In this document: in pieces, positions 18,753 through 27,034 of the stretch
Layout: each line of letters opens with the position of its first letter
How positions within the stretch are numbered: position 1 is the stretch's first letter
Assembly (NCBI GenBank): GCA_902599665.1
Contig: CACKGK010000002.1
Span: 17,184 to 81,183, forward strand
Reading direction: 5' to 3'
From: an uncultured Pelagibacteraceae bacterium
GTDB lineage: Bacteria; Pseudomonadota; Alphaproteobacteria; Pelagibacterales; Pelagibacteraceae
DNA: 64,000 nucleotides
The notes under the pieces: generated by a model
What the model saw: the letters and a program-made list of their open reading frames with translations, nothing else
Databases searched by the model: none
What the model was told of the DNA's origin: nothing
Translations under genes and position numbers: made by a program

Positions 18753-20404
18753 TGGAAATTAAGTTAAGAGACCCTAAATTACTGATGAAGTTGTCTAAAC
18801 TTGGTTCTTTCCATCAATCAAAACTCTCTTTTTTGAGATCTTTCTTAAAAGAGTTTAAAGATTGGAAATATAGTAGAGACCTTTTTCAATTAAATGACAA
18901 AGGATTTGGAAGAGCAATTTACTCTTTTACTAAAGAAAAAAAAACTTATTCTTTAATTTGTTTTGCAAATGAAATTAAGGATGACGAAAGATCAGACAGA
19001 GTGATTGCCACTAAATGGGATGCTGCATTTACTCTATTTGATGGAATTCCAACAAAAGAAGATGTTGATAGGCTTAGTAATAATGTGCCTAAACAAGAGG
19101 TCGGAAGGCTATCTTACAAAGAATTAACCCTATCAAGAGCTAATAAATCTGTCAGGTTGTTTAATCATGTAGTTGAAAATTTATCGAAAGGCCAACAACC
19201 AGATAAAGAATTTATATCTAAAGTTGGTTATCTTTATAGAACTACTGCAGTTTATGGATCTGGTAAATTTGGTTTAGCTGATAGATTTAGGATTAAAAAT
19301 AGGGATGAAATTTGTGGGCCATTTAGACTAGAGATGATGTTGGTCTATTTAGTTAGACAATTTACATTTGACCAAGTTAATCATATTGCAAAAAGTATAA
19401 GTCCGAAGAACGCTGTTGAACTAGATAACAATATCAGCAGAACTCTAGGCATAGGAAATTCTACAGGACTTGGCATGGCACCATTTATAGTAAACCATCC
19501 CACTCTACTTAATAACTGGATAACTGCTAGAGAAACAGTTTTAAAAAAAATAAGAGAAATAGAAAAAGTTTCTAAAAATGATTTAGGTATTTTTTATCAG
19601 TGTTTAATTAAATCACTAAAAAATATCACAAGCTGGCATACTGACAGTGAATTTCAAAAAGAAAAAATTAAAAATTTAATATTTGATTTAAAAAAATTTA
19701 TAAAATTTATGAAAGATGAGTTTAAATTTGAAAATTCTTATCAATTTAATAATATTTATATGTGGGCTGAGGAGAATTTAAATGATGAATGTATTGAGTA
19801 TATTGTTTCTATGATGATGGAGCCATATGATAAAATAGTAGACCCTTTAGTTTCTAAAATGAGTTCAAATGAAGAAAAATATTTCAATATTCCTGTTGAA
19901 AGAACTATCGAGGATTTAAGAAATATAATTGAAAAGAATTACTCTGAAATTTTGAAAATTGATTTTAATAAGGAAGAAAATAATAAAAATTTCTGGTTTA
20001 TTTCAAAAAATAAAGAGGAGCCAAGAATTGGGGATAGGTATCTCGATGATGGATCAAATTTAGAACAACCACTTGCAATCGCAAGAGATATCAAAAAGCT
20101 TTATGAAATAGTATTCACAAAAAAAAATAGTTCCAAAATTGGAAAATTTTTATTGGATAATAATCATTTAAGACATGTGGTAAGAAGAGTATTTATTTCT
20201 GAAAAATGTCCTTATGCAGAAATTCAAGATAATACAATTGGTTCTAAATTAATGCCTATTGATATGTTAAGGCTTAAGTTGTCTTTTTTTGGTGCAATAA
20301 AATTTGATCCTAGATCAGACAAGTGGTTACGTATTTGCATGTTTCAGGGCGCACCTTTGCCATTAGAACTCTCAAATTTTGATAATTATTGGATGTATAA
20401 TTAA
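18752..20404 (+). CDS. Conserved-looking hypothetical protein, 550 aa
   Basis: Long ORF coupled to the dipeptidase by TAATG; motif-like blocks RSDRVIA, RTTAVYGSGKFG, GNSTGLGMAPF; no family recognised. Confidence 0.85.
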   Translation: MEIKLRDPKLLMKLSKLGSFHQSKLSFLRSFLKEFKDWKYSRDLFQLNDKGFGRAIYSFTKEKKTYSLICFANEIKDDERSDRVIATKWDAAFTLFDGIPTKEDVDRLSNNVPKQEVGRLSYKELTLSRANKSVRLFNHVVENLSKGQQPDKEFISKVGYLYRTTAVYGSGKFGLADRFRIKNRDEICGPFRLEMMLVYLVRQFTFDQVNHIAKSISPKNAVELDNNISRTLGIGNSTGLGMAPFIVNHPTLLNNWITARETVLKKIREIEKVSKNDLGIFYQCLIKSLKNITSWHTDSEFQKEKIKNLIFDLKKFIKFMKDEFKFENSYQFNNIYMWAEENLNDECIEYIVSMMMEPYDKIVDPLVSKMSSNEEKYFNIPVERTIEDLRNIIEKNYSEILKIDFNKEENNKNFWFISKNKEEPRIGDRYLDDGSNLEQPLAIARDIKKLYEIVFTKKNSSKIGKFLLDNNHLRHVVRRVFISEKCPYAEIQDNTIGSKLMPIDMLRLKLSFFGAIKFDPRSDKWLRICMFQGAPLPLELSNFDNYWMYN

Positions 20405-20410
20405 TTTCGT

Positions 20411-21019
20411 ATGAGAAGTTATAGCGAAATAGAAACTACAATTAAAAGAGCAACTAAGGCTAAAGGTTTTTCATGGGGTATTTCTGAGGAAGTTGGAAAA
20501 AATATAAGATTACTCGAAATGTTTGGATTGCCAGGACTTAAAAATCTTAACCAATACTTTAAAATTTATAATATTAGTAACTTTGAAAATATTGGAGAAA
20601 TTTCATCTTCAAATACAGCAAAAGGATATTATTGTCCCATACTTTGTGGGTTAAATTTTTATGATCAATCACCTGTAATTTTAAAATTTAATGAAATTGA
20701 AATTAACAAAATAGCTTTTCCTCTCATATTTTTATCTTTTTTGAGTAGGGCGTCAGAGATTATTGGCAAAAGAATATTCTTAAAAATGGACAATAAAGAG
20801 TTTTTGTTTAATTTTAATGAATCTATTTACTCTAATTATTTAAGTGGAGATATTTTAGAAAAATCAGAGAAAATAAATATTCAATTTTTAGATAATAAAA
20901 ATAACTTTTCCGAGGATGATTGGACAGAAATGCATAAACTTTCAATTAAAACTTATGTCGAGGAAAGCGAGGAATCTAAATCAAGAACTGCAGGAGCTGG
21001 TTTAACAGATAATGACTGA
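20411..21019 (+). CDS. DUF3726-like hypothetical protein
   Basis: MRSYSEI..KRA.KAKGFSWG..EE start and YVEESEES...GAGLTDND end resemble DUF3726 (from memory). Confidence 0.7.
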   Translation: MRSYSEIETTIKRATKAKGFSWGISEEVGKNIRLLEMFGLPGLKNLNQYFKIYNISNFENIGEISSSNTAKGYYCPILCGLNFYDQSPVILKFNEIEINKIAFPLIFLSFLSRASEIIGKRIFLKMDNKEFLFNFNESIYSNYLSGDILEKSEKINIQFLDNKNNFSEDDWTEMHKLSIKTYVEESEESKSRTAGAGLTDND

Positions 21020-21179
21020 TAAAAAAAAAGATGATTTTTTAGAGAAAAATTTAAAAGATTTAGACGATATTTGAAAAGAATGTAATAAAGAAGATGAAAG
21101 TGTTACGCAAAATTTAATTATGACAGGATACAAGTTGTGTAAAACTTGTAGAACTTCAAAGACTGTATTTCCTCTTTAA
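21012..21179 (+). other. 55-codon small Cys-motif ORF with in-frame TGA at 21072-21074 (recoded gene or recent pseudogene)
   Basis: Hand translation MTDKKKDDFLEKNLKDLDDI*KECNKEDESVTQNLIMTGYKLCKTCRTSKTVFPL*; overlaps both neighbouring stops. Confidence 0.6.
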
Positions 21180-21721
21180 CTTATATTGCTGACTGGGATT
21201 GAGTTCATTCTATTTATGATGAATGTTATTGAGAGAAAAGCAATTATAAGAAAAGATAAAAATACTATTCCAAATGATTTTAAATTAGATTTTAAATTTA
21301 AAATTTGTTTAGTTGATATTATAAGAGATGCAAAAATCCAAAATTGAGTAAGGAAAATAATCGGTAGAACTAAGTCAGGTGTAACTGCAAAAAACCTTAT
21401 TAGACCTGGCGCATGAGCATATCCTACGGCAATTAAAATCTTTTTAAAAGGAACTTTACTACCTTTATCTGGAAAAATTTTTACACCAATTACAAAAATA
21501 AAAATTGCCCAAACAACCCATGTTAGAAGAGCAGTCAAGCCAGAGATACCAATAGAGGTTCTTACAATTGAATTTGCTGCAACTGCTCCTGCAACACCAT
21601 CAAATATCATTATAAGACCAGCAAAATAGATTGCAGCTTCTCCAAAATATTTATTATCTTTATATAAACTTCTATCTAATTTTAATGATTTAAAAAAAAT
21701 CTCGAGAAATTGTGCTAGCAT
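21176..21721 (-). CDS. Integral membrane protein (YIP1-like)
   Basis: About 5 hydrophobic segments; GYAHAPG motif. Confidence 0.65.
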   Translation of the reverse strand: MLAQFLEIFFKSLKLDRSLYKDNKYFGEAAIYFAGLIMIFDGVAGAVAANSIVRTSIGISGLTALLTWVVWAIFIFVIGVKIFPDKGSKVPFKKILIAVGYAHAPGLIRFFAVTPDLVLPIIFLTQFWIFASLIISTKQILNLKSNLKSFGIVFLSFLIIAFLSITFIINRMNSIPVSNIS

Positions 21722-21728
21722 AAGTTTT

Positions 21729-21753
21729 AAGGGAGAAGTTTTACTCCTCCCTT
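21729..21753 (-). terminator. Hairpin after aminomethyltransferase gene
   Basis: Minus strand AAGGGAGGAGT-aaa-ACTTCTCCCTT; the single mismatch is a G-U pair only on the minus strand; no U-tract. Confidence 0.6.
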
Positions 21754-21761
21754 TTAATTTT

Positions 21762-23120
21762 TTAACCTTTTACAACTTCTCTAGTGTTTGCGTTGTAAGA
21801 CTCTTTAAATGGTATATCAACAACTACAGCATCCACAGGTTTGCCTGGAGTTTCAGAATATTTTTCAGGCAATTGTACCTTGAATTTAGATCCTACTTTT
21901 CCTTTTGGAAAACCATTTGCGTTCAATGTTCCATCAAAAGGCACATATCCCATTGCAATATTTTGTTTTTTTTCAGGGTGATACCAAGGTGAAGTAATAA
22001 ATCCAATTGGCTCTCCACCACCTTCATCTGAAATTAACCAAAAATCAGGAGCGTATTCCTCAATTGGCTTTCCACCTAATTCTAGACCAACCAATTGAAG
22101 TTTATAAGGCTTATGTCCAGCTTTTAAATCAGCTTTCATTTTTTCAAGAGCTTTTTTTCCAACATAATCTGCTTTCTTATTCCATTCACCTTTACCGGAT
22201 AATGAAACTTGATAACCTAAATTACATTGGAATGGATTGTGTTGATTATCCATATCTTGCCCCCAAGAAAGAATTCCAGCTTGAATTCTTCTATGGTGAG
22301 CTGGAGCAATTACCATTAAACTATGTTTTTTACCCGCTTCAAGAACAGCATTCCACATATCCTCAGCGTATAAAGTACACTCTCTCAAATATATCTCATA
22401 ACCTGCTTCACCTGAGAATCCTGATTGAGAAATTACACAGCTTCTTCCACCAACTTTAGCTTCTGCTAAACCATAGAAGGGCATGTTATCAAAATCAACT
22501 TGATCTCCACATAAATCTTTCATTAACGCTTTAGATTTTGGTCCTTGAATTTGAACAGGACTTACATCTATCTCATCAATTTCTACATTAAATCTCTCGT
22601 CAGAGTTTACACCCTGTAAATAAAGACCTATATCACTATCAGACAAACTAAACCAAAATTCGTCTTTTGATATTCTTAAAAGTATAGGATCATTTAATAC
22701 ACCGCCATATGCATTACAAAGAATTACATATCTTGCTCTCATTGGAGAAATTTTTGTAGCATCTCTTGTAATTACATAGTCTACAAATTTTTCTGCATCA
22801 GGACCCTTCACTCTAATTTGTCTTTCAACTGCAACATTCCACATTGTTACATGATTAACAATTGCATCATACTCAACCATTGCACCTCCGTCTTCAGGTT
22901 TTACATATCCTCTTGGATGGTAAATACGATTGTATACAGTTGCTCTCCAACAACCAGCTTGCATTGATAAATGCCAGTATGGTGACTTTCTTACACGTGT
23001 TGAAATTAACATTTCAACTTTTGTTGGTCCGCTTTGTCTTAAATTATAAGGCACTTTTCTATCAGATTGATCTACTGATGTTACGTGTCTTAGCTTACTA
23101 TAGTCAAATTCTTTAGACAT
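21762..23120 (-). CDS. GcvT-fold THF-dependent aminomethyltransferase/demethylase of unknown substrate
   Basis: QIRVKGPDA, GGVLNDP, IQGPKS, SGFSGEAGYEIY, ITSPWY. Confidence 0.88.
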   Translation of the reverse strand: MSKEFDYSKLRHVTSVDQSDRKVPYNLRQSGPTKVEMLISTRVRKSPYWHLSMQAGCWRATVYNRIYHPRGYVKPEDGGAMVEYDAIVNHVTMWNVAVERQIRVKGPDAEKFVDYVITRDATKISPMRARYVILCNAYGGVLNDPILLRISKDEFWFSLSDSDIGLYLQGVNSDERFNVEIDEIDVSPVQIQGPKSKALMKDLCGDQVDFDNMPFYGLAEAKVGGRSCVISQSGFSGEAGYEIYLRECTLYAEDMWNAVLEAGKKHSLMVIAPAHHRRIQAGILSWGQDMDNQHNPFQCNLGYQVSLSGKGEWNKKADYVGKKALEKMKADLKAGHKPYKLQLVGLELGGKPIEEYAPDFWLISDEGGGEPIGFITSPWYHPEKKQNIAMGYVPFDGTLNANGFPKGKVGSKFKVQLPEKYSETPGKPVDAVVVDIPFKESYNANTREVVKG

Positions 23121-23841
23121 AGTTATTCTCCTTCAACCACTTGTTTGTTTCCTTCAAGCCGCCGAATGTATAAATGTGAAAATAATCAGTATGCGATTTA
23201 ACTTTCTCAATTAGATCATTAGGGTCTTTAGGTTTCAATAAATCTAATGCCTTACTAAAATTAGATTTAAGAAAATTAATGGAATTTTTTGCCCCTACAA
23301 TATTTGCAAACTTTATTAAGCTTGAAATTTTCATTGGCCCAGTTATTCCAACATGAACTGGTATCGTTTGTTTAGAAATAAAATCTACAATAGGCTGAGC
23401 ATCAAGCAGCCATTGAGTAACTATATAATCAGCATAAGGCTTTTTATCTATCATAGCTTTTTCTAAATCTGAATCGGATATATCAGGACTCCCCTCTGGA
23501 TGTCCAGCGATTCCGATCTTGATTCCATCAAAAAATCCTGTCTCTAATATTTGATAGGAACTATCAAACTTTCCAATTGGTTCCCGACTACCTCCAATAA
23601 CTAGAACTTGTTTCACACCTAAATCTTTACATCTTGAAACATAATCTTTTAATTCACTTTCACTATTAATTGATCTAGCTGGAAAATGAGGAACTGGGTT
23701 AAATCCTTTGTTTACCAAATCTCCAGATTTATCAGCAGTCTCTTTATAATCTCCTCCAGGTAGCATTGTAACATAAACATCTTTAACTTCAGGCAAAGTA
23801 TCAAGATTTGTGTGGGGTCCGATTTCTAATGAAAAATTCAT
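23113..23841 (-). CDS. metF: Methylenetetrahydrofolate reductase-like protein (short form)
   Basis: FSLEI, PVPHFPAR, VIGG, AGHPEG, VTQW, HIYTFGG. Confidence 0.8.
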   Translation of the reverse strand: MNFSLEIGPHTNLDTLPEVKDVYVTMLPGGDYKETADKSGDLVNKGFNPVPHFPARSINSESELKDYVSRCKDLGVKQVLVIGGSREPIGKFDSSYQILETGFFDGIKIGIAGHPEGSPDISDSDLEKAMIDKKPYADYIVTQWLLDAQPIVDFISKQTIPVHVGITGPMKISSLIKFANIVGAKNSINFLKSNFSKALDLLKPKDPNDLIEKVKSHTDYFHIYTFGGLKETNKWLKENNYV

Positions 23842-23903
23842 TAATGAATAATTATTTATTTTAAAATAACTGTCTAGAAAAATATTAGATCAAAGTGTCA
23901 GGG

Positions 23904-24788
23904 TTACTTTTTCTGACCTCTGTGTTTTTGAATTCTTTGACCATACTGCTGTGTAACTCTGTCAAAGATGATTGCTAGAGCCACTATTGCCAAACCATTC
24001 ATCATCCCAAGTGCTAAATATTGATTAGAAATAGCTTGCAAAATAGGCACTCCTAGACCTTTAACACCTATCATTGATGCAATTACCACCATAGCTAAAG
24101 CCATCATAATTGTTTGGTTAATTCCAGCAAAAATTGTTGGTAACGACAATGGTATTTGTACAGATTTTAATTTTTGCATTGGAGTTGCACCAAATGCTTC
24201 GCTTGCCTCAAGTGTTTCTTTATCTACTTCTCTTATTCCAAGATTTGTCAGCCTTACTACCGGTGGTAAAGCATAAATACAAACTGCCAATAAACCAGGC
24301 ACTTTTCCAATACCTAAAAGCATAATTATAGGTATAAGGTAAACGAAACTTGGAATAGTTTGCATCATATCCAAAACGGGTAAAATTGCTTTTTCTGCTC
24401 TGCTTGATTTAGACATTAACACACCAATTGGAATACCGACTACAATACAAACTAGTGTTGATACAGAAATGATAGCAACTGTTGCCATGCAGTTTTTCCA
24501 CATACCGAAGTACCCTATAACAACAAAACAAACTACAGTTCCTATTACCAATTTAATACTTCTTGAACCAATCCAAGCTAATAAAGCAAATACACCAATA
24601 ACAAGTGGCCAAGGACTGTTCACTAATAATTTTTCTAACCAAATTAAAAAATATAAGAGTGGATCAAAGAAACTCTCGATACCATCCCCGTAAGCTCTTG
24701 AAAAATCCTTAAAACTTAAATCTATTCCCTTCTTTAATTCTCTTAATGCCGTTCTATCCATTACAGGAATTTTATTAAAGAAGTCCAT
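23904..24788 (-). CDS. proW: Glycine betaine/proline-type ABC permease
   Basis: LDMMQTIPSFVYLIP, EASEAFGAT, NQTIMMALAMVVIASMIG. Confidence 0.92.
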   Translation of the reverse strand: MDFFNKIPVMDRTALRELKKGIDLSFKDFSRAYGDGIESFFDPLLYFLIWLEKLLVNSPWPLVIGVFALLAWIGSRSIKLVIGTVVCFVVIGYFGMWKNCMATVAIISVSTLVCIVVGIPIGVLMSKSSRAEKAILPVLDMMQTIPSFVYLIPIIMLLGIGKVPGLLAVCIYALPPVVRLTNLGIREVDKETLEASEAFGATPMQKLKSVQIPLSLPTIFAGINQTIMMALAMVVIASMIGVKGLGVPILQAISNQYLALGMMNGLAIVALAIIFDRVTQQYGQRIQKHRGQKK

Positions 24789-24807
24789 AAAAATTCTTTT
24801 AAATTAA

Positions 24808-24833
24808 TCGAACCCGTATTTCAACGGGTTCGA
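24808..24833 (-). terminator. Perfect 10-bp inverted repeat between the SBP and permease genes
   Basis: TCGAACCCGT-atttca-ACGGGTTCGA. Confidence 0.75.
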
Positions 24834-24849
24834 AATCATATTTTAAATA

Positions 24850-25860
24850 TTAAAGTGCTTTTTTAATTTTTGAAGCAGCATCACTTGAAACCCATTTAGT
24901 CCACACATCTTCTTGTGTTTTTAGGAATTCAATTGCAGCGTCAGCACCTTCAGCTTGGTTTTCGCCCATCCAAACTAACATTCCATTCATTACTGGACCT
25001 GGATAAACTCTTTTCTCAAGATAGTTCATGCCATCAGAACCAGCAGTTTTTTTGAAATTATCAGTAGCTATTGTGAATACTTCAGATTTTACCCATGAAG
25101 ATTTTTTTGGATCAGCACACTCTTGTTCTGGCTTAACTAAGCAGTTATCCCAGTTATCTTTGCCTCCCCATTCACCCATATCTACAGCTTGCATATTATA
25201 TTTACCGATTAATGCTGTTGGAGACCAGTAGTAACCAAACCAGTTTTCTCCTCTTTCAGCAGCTTTAGCAATCGATCCATCAAGACCAGCAGCTGATCCT
25301 GTTTCTACAATTGCCCAACCTTTTTCTTCCATACCCCATGCTCTAAAATGGTTCCTGTTACTTAGTTCACAGTTCCATCCTGGAGGGCATATGTGGAATC
25401 CACCTTTTGATGGATCCTCTGGGTGTGGGAATAAATCAGGTCTTTTTAAAATTGCATCAGCAGTAGTAAGTTCTGGATGTTTTTCTAAAGTAGCAGGAAG
25501 TACCCACCATCCTTCACCTAGACCAGTAATTGGTGCTAGATTTATTGAATGAAGTTTTCCTTCATCGACAGCCTTATTGAGAGCAACTATAGCAGCGTTA
25601 GCCCAAAATTCTGGTGCTACATCCGGCTCACCTTTTTCTTGCATAGATGTAAATGTTGGCATTGTTGCACCTGGCACAAGTTCAACTGTACACCCATATC
25701 CTTCTTCCAATATGATCTTATCAACTTCAGCCATAAAGTTAGCAGAAGCCCAGTTCATATTAGCAATAGATATATTTCCACAAGCTGCGTTGGCAACACT
25801 TCCAAAAGAAGTTAGTCCAAATATTACAGCAGCAGATAGAAGTAATTTTTTAATTTTCAT
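24850..25860 (-). CDS. proX: Quaternary amine ABC substrate-binding protein (ProX/OpuAC family)
   Basis: Signal peptide, MNWASA, GYGC, PEFW, CPPGWNC, GYYWSPT. Confidence 0.88.
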   Translation of the reverse strand: MKIKKLLLSAAVIFGLTSFGSVANAACGNISIANMNWASANFMAEVDKIILEEGYGCTVELVPGATMPTFTSMQEKGEPDVAPEFWANAAIVALNKAVDEGKLHSINLAPITGLGEGWWVLPATLEKHPELTTADAILKRPDLFPHPEDPSKGGFHICPPGWNCELSNRNHFRAWGMEEKGWAIVETGSAAGLDGSIAKAAERGENWFGYYWSPTALIGKYNMQAVDMGEWGGKDNWDNCLVKPEQECADPKKSSWVKSEVFTIATDNFKKTAGSDGMNYLEKRVYPGPVMNGMLVWMGENQAEGADAAIEFLKTQEDVWTKWVSSDAASKIKKAL

Positions 25861-25992
25861 TATTTCTCCTAATTAATTAATTATAAAACATCAGAACATA
25901 TAGATGGAAAAATTGCAAACTAGTTTCAACTTTGAGTTGTGTTAAAATTGTCTTTATCCTCTCTTTATTTAGAAATAAATTATTAAATAAAA

Positions 25993-27033
25993 ATGAGTAA
26001 AAATTTATTATCAAGATTAGATGAGGGTCCCGTTATATTCGCAGAGGGATATTTATTTGCGATGGAAAGGAGAGGATATCTTTCTGCAGGTCCATTTGTG
26101 CCAGAAGTAGTTTTAGAACATCCTGATGTTGTTACACAATTGCATAGAGAATTTATTAGAGCTGGTTCAGATATTGTTCAAGCTTTCACCTATTATGGAC
26201 ATAGAGAGAAATTAAGAATTATTGGAAAAGAACATTTGCTAGAGCCAATGCAAAAAAATGCACTAAAAATTGCAAAGGATGCTGCTAATGAATTTAAAGA
26301 TTTGGATTTAATGGTTTGTGGAGATGTAGCTAACACAAACATTTTTGATCCAAATGATAAAAATTCCTTCAAAGAATGTCAAAAGATGTACGAGGAGCAA
26401 GTGCTTTGGGCAAAAGAGGCTGGAGTTGATTTTGTAGTTGCAGAAACAATTAATTGGGTAGATGAAATGAAAATTGCTCTCAAGGCTATCAAAGACGAAG
26501 GATTAATTGCAGTTGCAAATTACGCTATACCTCGTGGAGATTTAACAAGAGATGGTCATACAGCCGAAGATGCATGTAAAATAATAGAAGATCTTGGTGC
26601 AGATGTTGTTGGTTTGAATTGTTACAGAGGTCCAGAAATGACCATGAAACTTTTAAAAAAAATAAGAAAAAAAGTTTCCTGTCATGTTGCAGGTCTTCCT
26701 GTTCCATATAGAACGACAGAGGAAGAACCAGGATTTTTAAATCAGACTGATCATGGATGTGATTGCATACCAGGTGGAAATGCATTCCCTGTTGCTCTAG
26801 ATAATTTATATTGTAACAGATTTGAAATGGCTGAATTTGCAAAAGAATGTCTTAAAGAAAAAATTAATTTAATCGGTATTTGTTGTGGTGCTGAAGCTCA
26901 TCATGTTAGAGAAATGGCTGTTGCAGTTGGTAAAAAACCAATTGCCATGAAGTACATGCCAGATATGACTAAACATTTTCACCATGGGACAGACAAGACA
27001 TTGAAAGACATCAATAAAGAAATAAAATACTAA
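25993..27033 (+). CDS. bhmt: Betaine-homocysteine S-methyltransferase family
   Basis: LHREFIRAGSD, AFTYY, GLNC and GICCG zinc ligands. Confidence 0.85.
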   Translation: MSKNLLSRLDEGPVIFAEGYLFAMERRGYLSAGPFVPEVVLEHPDVVTQLHREFIRAGSDIVQAFTYYGHREKLRIIGKEHLLEPMQKNALKIAKDAANEFKDLDLMVCGDVANTNIFDPNDKNSFKECQKMYEEQVLWAKEAGVDFVVAETINWVDEMKIALKAIKDEGLIAVANYAIPRGDLTRDGHTAEDACKIIEDLGADVVGLNCYRGPEMTMKLLKKIRKKVSCHVAGLPVPYRTTEEEPGFLNQTDHGCDCIPGGNAFPVALDNLYCNRFEMAEFAKECLKEKINLIGICCGAEAHHVREMAVAVGKKPIAMKYMPDMTKHFHHGTDKTLKDINKEIKY

Positions 27034-27034
27034 C

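Noticed and set aside
21012-21179. Genome-wide TGA reassignment (Trp or Gly code)
   Set aside because: TGA terminates several clear genes here (e.g. at 5272, 12376, 21019, 63372) and conserved Trp residues use TGG.
22007-22459. 150-aa antisense ORF and the other short ORFs nested in or opposite long genes (e.g. 15085, 17227, 39069, 39824, 63457)
   Set aside because: They overlap well-supported genes and have no motifs; treated as shadow ORFs.
21762-23120. Calling this gene dmdA or gcvT
   Set aside because: Longer than either with a different N-terminus, and no gcvH/gcvP nearby; left as a GcvT-fold protein of unknown substrate.
25861-25992. SAM-II/SAM-V riboswitch expected upstream of a BHMT-family gene
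   Set aside because: No recognisable aptamer core by eye; only a weak CAACT-ttg-AGTTG repeat. An Infernal/Rfam scan would be decisive.
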